From positions 1 to 38,166 of the IMG/VR virus record IMGVR_UViG_3300027987_000314: a stretch of DNA of 38,166 bases, one strand, 5' to 3'. The translations under genes and the position numbers were made by a program. The stretch comes from a virus. Lineage: Duplodnaviria > Caudoviricetes. Positions 18,547 to 25,212 of this stretch are shown piece by piece. The notes under the pieces are model-generated. The model saw only the letters and a list, made by a program, of their open reading frames with translations. It was not told the DNA's origin and did not search any database. The first letter of the stretch is position 1, and each line of letters opens with the position of its first letter.

Positions 18547-19128
18547 CTAGCCTTCCCCGCCGTCTGTGGGCGAGGGTCGAGGAGGTGAGGTTGGGGGTGG
18601 GATCGGGAGTGGGGCTGAATTCGACGGATCCACCGGATCCGATGGTGACGATGGCGGGCCGGAGTCTGATGGTGACGGTACTGCCGGCCGGGGATGCGTC
18701 CGTTCAGCGACCGGGCGCGCCGCTGTGGTCACCGGATGGGGGGCCGTTGCCGCGCCCCGGCTCTTGGGTAGGGAGGGGGTTCGTCGCGGTGTCACGGTCA
18801 TGGTGGGCCCGGCGATCAGGACGGTGACTGCCGGGTGAGGTTTCGACCCGGTGACGGCCGTCGCGGCCGGCCGGGGCTGTGCCTCGGGCGTCCCGTACTG
18901 AGGATCCGCCGGGACCGATATCACCGGTACGCCAAGAATCACCCCGGTCAGCGCTCCGGCCAATACGGCCATCGCCAGACAAGTGATGACCACCTCGGCG
19001 GACGGTCCACCATGCCCCCGCTGGGGTCTGGGACGGGGACGGATGAATTCGGTTGTTTCTGCCCGGGTAGTTTCGATGCGCTGTGTTGCCCCGATACCGA
19101 GCTGCGCGGTATCGGTCATCCCTTTCAT
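18547..19128 (-). CDS. Single-pass membrane protein with Pro/Ser/Thr-rich tail
   Basis: TM segment VVITCLAMAVLAGALTGVILGV followed by a low-complexity tail; ATGA overlap with the upstream gene. Confidence 0.65.
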   Translation of the reverse strand: MKGMTDTAQLGIGATQRIETTRAETTEFIRPRPRPQRGHGGPSAEVVITCLAMAVLAGALTGVILGVPVISVPADPQYGTPEAQPRPAATAVTGSKPHPAVTVLIAGPTMTVTPRRTPSLPKSRGAATAPHPVTTAARPVAERTHPRPAVPSPSDSGPPSSPSDPVDPSNSAPLPIPPPTSPPRPSPTDGGEG

Positions 19129-19331
19129 TCCCCATTCACTCCTGTCAGATGCTCCCGAATCATCTTCAACTCTTCGACCACGGCGAGCGTCGCCAGACCG
19201 AGACCGACCTGTGCTGCCACCGCAATCTCACACCACTCGTCAGGACTTTCGGACTTCATGGAGTCCTGCAGTGCCGACAGCAATAACTCTTTCGCCGCTG
19301 CGGCGGGCGGCTGCTTCAACTCCCTACCCAT
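19125..19331 (-). CDS. Hypothetical protein
   Basis: 68 aa; strong SD (GAGGAGAAGG). Confidence 0.65.
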   Translation of the reverse strand: MGRELKQPPAAAAKELLLSALQDSMKSESPDEWCEIAVAAQVGLGLATLAVVEELKMIREHLTGVNGE

Positions 19332-19417
19332 TCCTTCTCCTCACGGCCGGCCCCGTTAATAGCCCGGCCAGCTCGCCCCGCGGATTTGCCCACCAGGGGT
19401 TTCCGAGGTGCCGCGGT

Positions 19418-19684
19418 CTACGCGCGTGTCTCACGCCAGCCCTCCACCTCGGTCAGGTCGTAGACCGGGCCTGCGGCCAGCGTCGCTACCGGAGCCGGGA
19501 ACCCGGTACTGGCGACCCAGTACCCGACCGCTCGTCGGCTGACACCGAATCGAGCTGCGATCTCGGCGACTCCGGCGAGGTTCTCCGGGTCCACCAGCCT
19601 GGCCCCGACAAGGCCAGACCAGGCCTGCAGGGCCTGCAAGACCTTCGGACGATCAACGAAATGTTCCGGAACGTACACGCTCAC
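19418..19684 (-). CDS. HTH DNA-binding protein (AlpA/excisionase-like)
   Basis: LAGVAEIAARFGVSRRAVGYW...FPAPVATLAAGPVYDLTEVEGW. Confidence 0.8.
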   Translation of the reverse strand: MSVYVPEHFVDRPKVLQALQAWSGLVGARLVDPENLAGVAEIAARFGVSRRAVGYWVASTGFPAPVATLAAGPVYDLTEVEGWRETRA

Positions 19685-19732
19685 ACCGACCCCCTACTTC
19701 CGACTGGATGAAGCTTAGCATGCCATAGGTGT

Positions 19733-19774
19733 ACATGAGGATGATCCCAGCTTCGGCCGGGATCATCCTCATGT
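19733..19774 (-). terminator. Hairpin terminator after the 119-aa gene
   Basis: 16-bp perfect stem ACATGAGGATGATCCC / GGGATCATCCTCATGT. Confidence 0.7.
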
Positions 19775-19779
19775 CGGAC

Positions 19780-20139
19780 TCAGGCGATCGTCGCCAGCCC
19801 CTTGCACCCGATGATCCGCCCATTGCCGTCACGGACCTGGTCGAACGGGTACCGCACGTCGGACCGGGTATTGCCGGCCGCGCGCATGCCCATCAGGGTA
19901 GGCATGGACACGATGTAGGTGACGCCCTCCTGTGGCTCCGGGAGACCGGAGACCTCGCCGAGTGCCACCGAGACGGCCGGCATCCCATCAATGCTCCCAT
20001 CGGGACGGACGGTCTCGATGAGTCGGGCGACCGTACCGCTCGGCTCCACCGCGAGAATCATATCCATGTGCTCGCTGAAGCCATTATCGAAAATGGTCAC
20101 CGGGTGCGGGGTCAGGTTGACAAATACGTTCACGGACAC
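19780..20139 (-). CDS. Phage hypothetical protein (NLTPH...VRD.NGRIIGC type)
   Basis: 119 aa; SD GGGGAGG; motif pattern recognised from phage hypothetical proteins. Confidence 0.75.
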   Translation of the reverse strand: MSVNVFVNLTPHPVTIFDNGFSEHMDMILAVEPSGTVARLIETVRPDGSIDGMPAVSVALGEVSGLPEPQEGVTYIVSMPTLMGMRAAGNTRSDVRYPFDQVRDGNGRIIGCKGLATIA

Positions 20140-20237
20140 AATTCCTCCCTGATCTGGCTGCTATTCCTGCGTGCCTCGGGCCCGATTCGATCGGGCACCA
20201 TCGCGGCCGGCCGGGGCTGTCATGCGGGTCGGGCGGG

Positions 20238-20711
20238 TCAGTTCCACTTCGTAGCACAAACCGGACCGATTCCGTCCTCGATCGATTTCTCATCGGTCAG
20301 CTCAGCCCCGCACCGGCAGCAAATTCCGTACAGACGTCCATACTCCTGCGCCTGTGCGAGGGTCATCCTCTCGTCTGCGGACAGCCGGTAAATGGCGCCG
20401 GATTCGTAGACGAAGGTCCCTTCGTCAAGGCGCTTGGCATACAGGCGCCCGGACCCCTGCTTGGCGACCTGAACCTTGTAGACCCGCCCCTCGTGCAAGT
20501 ACATGCCGTCCTCGGTAACCGGGGCGCGACGGGGGCGAGCTGGCCGCGCCAGCTCCGGATCGCGGTCCCATGGGGCGACCGGACCCGCGGGTCCGGTCGC
20601 GGCCGGCACGATGTTGCGACCGGAACACTCCCTGACCTGCGCGACGGTCGCGTGCACCCCCTTGCAATGCGCGCAACGGATGATGTGCGGGCGGCTCGTC
20701 ATTATCATCAT
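20238..20711 (-). CDS. Zn-finger / DUF6011-like protein
   Basis: N-terminal CAHCKGVH...C; C-terminal CCRCGAELTDEKSIEDGIGPVC; likely leaderless start at ATG 20711. Confidence 0.8.
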   Translation of the reverse strand: MMIMTSRPHIIRCAHCKGVHATVAQVRECSGRNIVPAATGPAGPVAPWDRDPELARPARPRRAPVTEDGMYLHEGRVYKVQVAKQGSGRLYAKRLDEGTFVYESGAIYRLSADERMTLAQAQEYGRLYGICCRCGAELTDEKSIEDGIGPVCATKWN

Positions 20712-20747
20712 GCGTCCATTATGACGCACGATGGCAGTCTATGGCAA
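20712..20747 (-). promoter_or_regulatory. Leaderless promoter TTGCCA-N18-CATAAT-N6-ATG
   Basis: Same geometry and similar sequence to the pentapeptide gene promoters. Confidence 0.6.
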
Positions 20748-20750
20748 GAA

Positions 20751-21248
20751 CTATGTACGGACCGCAGACACGTCGAGCCGCACCCCCTCGACCAGGCCAT
20801 CTCCGTAAGCCCAGAGCTTTTCCAGCTCCCATCCGACGATGAGACTGTCATCGGCGATGACCCCGGCATCCGTCATTGCGTCGCCAATATTCCTGGCCAG
20901 CTTGTCCAGGTCGCCGTAGCGACGACCCACCGGGTATGGGTCCCCCCCCTCAACCCGGCCGGCGAACCAGAACACTGCCCGGGCGGACACCGGCCCGACG
21001 TACGGCAGGTATTTGCGTACCGGACCGTCCTGGCCCTGCTCCTGCCCGAGCGTGAAAGCCAGTTTCTCGGCGATCAGCCGGCGCCACAGACCCGACCCAG
21101 CCACCTGCTCGACCATGTGGCCACGGCCCTGATGGCGCAAGCTGCCCTTGGTCCGCGGACGGCCCGGGGCGAAGAGCCTCATCGGGTACCTGTCCAGCGG
21201 GACCGGGGTCGCCCCCTCGACATAGGTGATCCTCACCCGGGTACTCAT
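20751..21248 (-). CDS. rusA: RusA-like Holliday junction resolvase
   Basis: PGRPRTKGS and DLDKLARNIGDAMTDAGVIADDSLIV catalytic pattern. Confidence 0.85.
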   Translation of the reverse strand: MSTRVRITYVEGATPVPLDRYPMRLFAPGRPRTKGSLRHQGRGHMVEQVAGSGLWRRLIAEKLAFTLGQEQGQDGPVRKYLPYVGPVSARAVFWFAGRVEGGDPYPVGRRYGDLDKLARNIGDAMTDAGVIADDSLIVGWELEKLWAYGDGLVEGVRLDVSAVRT

Positions 21249-21499
21249 CGCATGGCGGCGATTGCGGCAGCCATGTACTGCTGCTCAGTCAGGCCGCGGC
21301 ACTCCTGCGGCCATTCCTCCGCAGCGACGTACTGCTCATCACTCAAGGACTCGAGCCAGATCTCGTGCAGCACCTCAGTGCAGCGCCGCACCTGCCCGTC
21401 CTTTCCGTCCGCCGACCCGCGACTCGACAGGTAAGCCACGAGCGGAATACACAGGAGCATCACGGCAATTCCAATTGCAATGAAATTACGCCTCATCAC
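21245..21499 (-). CDS. Small membrane/secreted protein
   Basis: N-terminal TM helix; 84 aa. Confidence 0.6.
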   Translation of the reverse strand: MMRRNFIAIGIAVMLLCIPLVAYLSSRGSADGKDGQVRRCTEVLHEIWLESLSDEQYVAAEEWPQECRGLTEQQYMAAAIAAMR

Positions 21500-21689
21500 A
21501 CCTCATTCCCCGTTGAAGAATCGATATGTCCACACCGTGAACAACATGCTTCAGTCTGAAGGTTCTTCCAATCATCAACACCGCACCCGTCGGCGTCGTC
21601 TCCGCCGACCAGGCCCCGGTCGACCAGAGCACCCGTCGATCCAAAAGCCTGGCCAGCTCCAGCCTGGCCAGTTCGGCAACGTCCATCAC
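21486..21689 (-). CDS. Hypothetical protein
   Basis: 67 aa; TAGTG overlap with pentapeptide copy 3. Confidence 0.5.
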   Translation of the reverse strand: MMDVAELARLELARLLDRRVLWSTGAWSAETTPTGAVLMIGRTFRLKHVVHGVDISILQRGMRCDEA

Positions 21690-22258
21690 TAGGCCTCCGT
21701 CCGAGCCACGCGCAGGTTGGCCCCGGACAGGTCAGCCCCGGACAGGTCAGCCCTGGACAGGTTGGCCCCAGACAGGTCGGCCCTGGACAGGTCAGCCCCG
21801 GACAGGTCAGCCCTGTACAGGTCAGCCCTGTACAGGTCAGCCCCGGACAGGTCAGCCCCGGACAGGTTGGCCACGCGCAGGTTGGCCCCGGACAGGTCAG
21901 TCCCGGACAGGTCAGTCCCGGACAGGTCGAGCCCGGACAGGTCAGCCCTGGACAGGCTGGCCCCGGACAGGCTGGCCCCGGACAGGTCGGCCTCGGGCAG
22001 GTCGGCCCAGCGCAGGTTGGCCCCGCGCAGGTCAGTCCCGGACAGGTTGGTCCCGGACAGGTTGGCCCCGTACAGGTTGGCCCCGTACAGGTTGGCCCGG
22101 CGCAGATCAGCCCCGGACAGGTTGGCCCCGGACAGGTCAGCCCTGTACAGATTAGCCCCGTGCAGATCGAGCCCGGACAGGTCGGCCCCGGACAGGTCGA
22201 GCCAGGACAGATCGAGCCCGTCCCGCACCATCTCCATCAGTTCTTCACGTGTTGCCAT
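21689..22258 (-). CDS. Pentapeptide repeat protein, copy 3 (189 aa)
   Basis: [14 protein letters not shown] leader followed by about 34 A(D/N)L(S/Y/R)(G/R) repeats. Confidence 0.88.
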   Translation of the reverse strand: MATREELMEMVRDGLDLSWLDLSGADLSGLDLHGANLYRADLSGANLSGADLRRANLYGANLYGANLSGTNLSGTDLRGANLRWADLPEADLSGASLSGASLSRADLSGLDLSGTDLSGTDLSGANLRVANLSGADLSGADLYRADLYRADLSGADLSRADLSGANLSRADLSGADLSGANLRVARTEA

Positions 22259-22294
22259 GTGTCCACCCTAGCACTCTGTGACAAGCTGTGGCGA
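22259..22294 (-). promoter_or_regulatory. Duplicated leaderless promoter, copy 3 (TCGCCA-N18-TAGGGT-N6-ATG)
   Basis: Near-identical to 23141-23176 and 23935-23970; the TAG of the -10 box is the stop codon of copy 2. Confidence 0.65.
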
Positions 22295-23140
22295 CTGTCG
22301 AGCCCCGGACAGGTCAGCCCCGCGCAGGTCAGCCCCGGACAGGTCGGCCCCGGACAGGTCGGCCCTGTACAGGTTGGCCCCGGACAGGTCGGCCCCGGAC
22401 AGGTCGGCCCCGGACAGGTCGGCCCAGCGCAGGTTGGCCCCGGACAGGTTGACCCTGGATAGGTCGGCCCCGGACAGGTTGACCCTGTGCAGGTTGGCCC
22501 CGGACAGGTTGGCCCCGGACAGGTTGGCCCTGTACAGGTTGGCCCTGTACAGGTTGGCCCCGGACAGGTCGGCCCCGGACAGGTCGGCCCCGGACAGGTC
22601 GGCCCCGGACAGGTCGGCCCCGGACAGGTCGGCCCCGGACAGGTCGGCCCCGGACAGGTCAGCCCTGGACAGGGCTGACCTGTACAGGTCAGCCCTGGAC
22701 AGGTCAGCCCTGTACAGGTCAGCCCTGTACAGGTTGGCCCCGGACAGGTCAGTCCCGGACAGGTCGAGCCCGGACAGGTTGGCCCCGCGCAGGTCAGCCC
22801 TGGACAGGTCGGCCTCGGACAGGTTGGCCCCGGACAGGTCGGCCTCGGGCAGGTCGGCCCAGCGCAGGTTGGCCCCGCGCAGGTTGGACCCGCGCAGGTG
22901 GGCCCCGGACAGGTTGGCCCCGGACAGGTTGGCCCGGCGCAGGTTGGCCCCGGACGGGTCGGCCCCGGACAGGTTGGCCCCGGACAGGTTGGCCCTGTAC
23001 AGGTTGGCCCCGGACAGGTTGGCCCCGGACAGGTTGGCCCCGGACAGGTTGAGCCAGGACAGATCGAGCCCGGACAGGTCGAGCCCGGACAGGTCGAGCC
23101 CGTCCCAAACCATCTCCATCAGCTCTTCACGCGTCGTCAT
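22268..23140 (-). CDS. Pentapeptide repeat protein, copy 2 (290 aa)
   Basis: [14 protein letters not shown] leader followed by about 53 repeats; the C-terminus ARQSPQLVTEC is encoded by the next promoter. Confidence 0.88.
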   Translation of the reverse strand: MTTREELMEMVWDGLDLSGLDLSGLDLSWLNLSGANLSGANLSGANLYRANLSGANLSGADPSGANLRRANLSGANLSGAHLRGSNLRGANLRWADLPEADLSGANLSEADLSRADLRGANLSGLDLSGTDLSGANLYRADLYRADLSRADLYRSALSRADLSGADLSGADLSGADLSGADLSGADLSGADLSGANLYRANLYRANLSGANLSGANLHRVNLSGADLSRVNLSGANLRWADLSGADLSGADLSGANLYRADLSGADLSGADLRGADLSGARQSPQLVTEC

Positions 23141-23176
23141 GTGTCCACCCTAGCACTCTGTGGCAAGCTGTGGCGA
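23141..23176 (-). promoter_or_regulatory. Duplicated leaderless promoter, copy 2
   Basis: TCGCCACAGCTTGCCACAGAGTGCTAGGGTGGACAC-ATG. Confidence 0.65.
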
Positions 23177-23366
23177 CTGTCGAGCCCCGTACAGGTTAGC
23201 CCCGTACAGGTCGAGCCCCGGACAGGTTGGCCCCGGACAGGTTGGCCCCGCGCAGGTCGGCCCCGGACAGGTTGGCCCCGGACAGGTTGGCCCCGCGCAG
23301 GTCGGCCCCGGACAGGTTGGCCCCGGACAGGTTGGCCCCGGACAGGTCAGCCCTGTACAGGTCGAG
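23150..23366 (-). pseudogene. Out-of-frame pentapeptide repeat segments downstream of copy 1
   Basis: Two 16-nt units (TCCGGGGCTCGACCTG) each shift the frame by +1; the last segment ends ARQSPQLATEC*, like copy 2. Confidence 0.7.
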
Positions 23367-23934
23367 CCCCGGACAGGTTGGCCCCGGACAGGTCGACCCC
23401 GTACAGGTCAGCCCCATGCAGGTTGACCCCGCGCAGGTCAGTCCTGGACAGGTTGGCCCCGGACAGGTCGGCCTCGGACAGGTTGGCCTCGGACAGGTCG
23501 GCCTCGGACAGGTCGGCCCAGCGCAGGTCAGTCCTGGACAGGTTGGCCTCGGACAGGTCGGCCCCGGACAGGTTGGCCCCGGACAGGTCAGCCCCGCGCA
23601 GGTCGAGCCCGGACAGGTCAGCCCTGCGCAGGTCGAGCCCGGACAGGTCAGCCCTGGACAGGTTGGCCCTGGACAGGTCGGCCCCGGACAGGTCGGCCTC
23701 GGACAGGTCGGCCCGGCGCAGATCAGCCCCGGACAGGTCAGCCCTGTACAGGTTGGCCCTGTACAGGTCAGCCCTGTACAGATTAGCCCCGTGCAGGTCG
23801 AGCCCGGACAGGTCGAGCCCGGACAGGTCGAGCCAGGACAGATCGAGCCCGGACAGGTCGGCCCCGGACAGGTCGAGCCCGGACAGATCGAGCCCGTCCC
23901 GCACCATCTCCATCAGCTCTTCACGTGTTGCCAT
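23347..23934 (-). CDS. Pentapeptide repeat protein, copy 1 (195 aa, ends after a frameshift)
   Basis: Same leader followed by about 35 repeats; ends SGARPVQG*. Confidence 0.85.
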   Translation of the reverse strand: MATREELMEMVRDGLDLSGLDLSGADLSGLDLSWLDLSGLDLSGLDLHGANLYRADLYRANLYRADLSGADLRRADLSEADLSGADLSRANLSRADLSGLDLRRADLSGLDLRGADLSGANLSGADLSEANLSRTDLRWADLSEADLSEANLSEADLSGANLSRTDLRGVNLHGADLYGVDLSGANLSGARPVQG

Positions 23935-23970
23935 GTGTCCACCCTAGCACTCTGTGACAAGCTGTGGCAA
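23935..23970 (-). promoter_or_regulatory. Leaderless promoter, copy 1 (TTGCCA-N18-TAGGGT-N6-ATG)
   Basis: Matches principal-sigma (HrdB/SigA-like) geometry; there is no SD before the ATG. Confidence 0.7.
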
Positions 23971-23972
23971 CA

Positions 23973-24617
23973 TCAAGGAGTATCGTCGGTGGCACAACGC
24001 AGGGCCTCGGCAATGGCCGTCCTCACCGCGGCGCTAGTCCGATCGTCCAGCCCCACGAAAGACAAGGCCGTACCCACGGCTGCAAAAAGGTCGCCGGCCA
24101 GCCTCGCGGCAGCCTCGCGCTGCTGGGCCTCGACCCCCAGCTTGACGCTCAGCTCGATCAGGCGTGCCAACCGGTCCCGCTCCTGATCGTGCAGCCTCAG
24201 CAGTACGGCTGGGCGCGCTTCCTGCACCAGGTCGACCCCCGGCGCAGGGCCAGAGCCCTTCTCGATACGTCTGGTCGTGCCCCAGATGGCCTCGGTTAGT
24301 CCCAGGGCGGAAATCTCCCACCGCAGGTAGTCGATATATCCGGCCGACCAGGCAATCTCCGTGAGCAGCCTCTGAATCGGGTCCACCTCACTGACCTGCT
24401 CGCCACGGAAGATCACTGACCAACTACGCTCAATCTCCGCCCTGGCGAGTCGGCGCTCTGCCGCGCGCTTAACATGGGAGATCGACCCTCCATGAGTCTT
24501 GCAAACGTTTCCACCAGGGATCGCTACAGCTCGGCACCGATCCCCGGTCCGGGATGAATGTGCGGTACAGCGCCGGGAGGGGTCTTTCTCCCATGGCTGC
24601 TGTCTCTTCCCTGTCAC
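23973..24617 (-). CDS. terS: Probable terminase small subunit (HGG Zn-motif type)
   Basis: [14 protein letters not shown]...VCKTHGGS; helical C-terminus [18 protein letters not shown]; likely start GTG 24617. Confidence 0.65.
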   Translation of the reverse strand: MTGKRQQPWEKDPSRRCTAHSSRTGDRCRAVAIPGGNVCKTHGGSISHVKRAAERRLARAEIERSWSVIFRGEQVSEVDPIQRLLTEIAWSAGYIDYLRWEISALGLTEAIWGTTRRIEKGSGPAPGVDLVQEARPAVLLRLHDQERDRLARLIELSVKLGVEAQQREAAARLAGDLFAAVGTALSFVGLDDRTSAAVRTAIAEALRCATDDTP

Positions 24618-24996
24618 GGGACACCCACCTCTGCAATCTCCTGACAATCCTGCCCTACGGCGTTGCTCCGGGGCCGGCATCGGACAGCCATGTCATAGCA
24701 ACGAATAATGAGCACCAATTTTTCCTGAGTGATGCAAGCGTGCAGGTCAGAGACTAATTTCCCCATCTTCCCCCCGTGCCCAAGTATGCGCGCGAGGGAA
24801 AACTTCCCCCACGCTCCACCATCGTCCAACCGTCCCGCGCACCCCCTCCCCTGCGAGGGAGCCACCGAGCCGCCAGACCGCAGCCCCGCCAGGGGCCGCT
24901 GGGCTACTGAACCACGGCGCTGAGCTGCTGGATCACGGCGCTGGTGTCGCCCCCGCGGCCCGTACGGCCGCCCCTCCATTGGTTGAATACTCAAGA

Positions 24997-25212
24997 TAGG
25001 ACGGTAGGACAGTAGGGCGGTAGGACGGTAGGGCGGGACGAAAAAACTTATTTTTGACTATTATCCTCCATAACTCTATGTAATCATTGCAGGTAAGAGA
25101 GAGTATTAATCGGACTCGCAAACGCGCGCGAGACTTTTTCTCGCGCTAGACGCTAGGGCATGTCCTACGTCCTACCTCCCGGACGCCTGCTCGTCCTACT
25201 TCCGACGCCTAC
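24997..25212. other. Putative replication origin
   Basis: Five tandem 8-mers TAGG(A/G)C(G/A)G at 24997-25036, then an AT-rich core, then inverted GTCCTAC copies from 25162; immediately downstream of the Prim-Pol gene. Confidence 0.7.

Noticed and set aside
19335-19417. Riboswitch-like leader (contains GGAAAC and GGCAAA on the minus strand)
   Set aside because: I could not fit it to the c-di-GMP-I or any other riboswitch consensus by eye. An Infernal search would settle it.
21700-23900. 15-bp repeats or the repeated leader as a CRISPR array
   Set aside because: The repeats are contiguous, codon-phased and protein-coding, with no unique spacers and no cas operon. The exonuclease sits in an ordinary phage recombination context.
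21689-23934. Diversity-generating retroelement
   Set aside because: I found no reverse transcriptase in the genome, and the differences between copies are not adenine-specific.
21717-24186. Plus-strand ORFs with PDRSA / PGQVG repeats
   Set aside because: These are antisense shadows of the pentapeptide genes. The promoters and leaders are on the minus strand.
24620-24990. ORFs or a cos/pac site between the origin and terS
   Set aside because: The ORFs are low-complexity with no clear SD. A packaging site is plausible from position, but I can identify no specific sequence.
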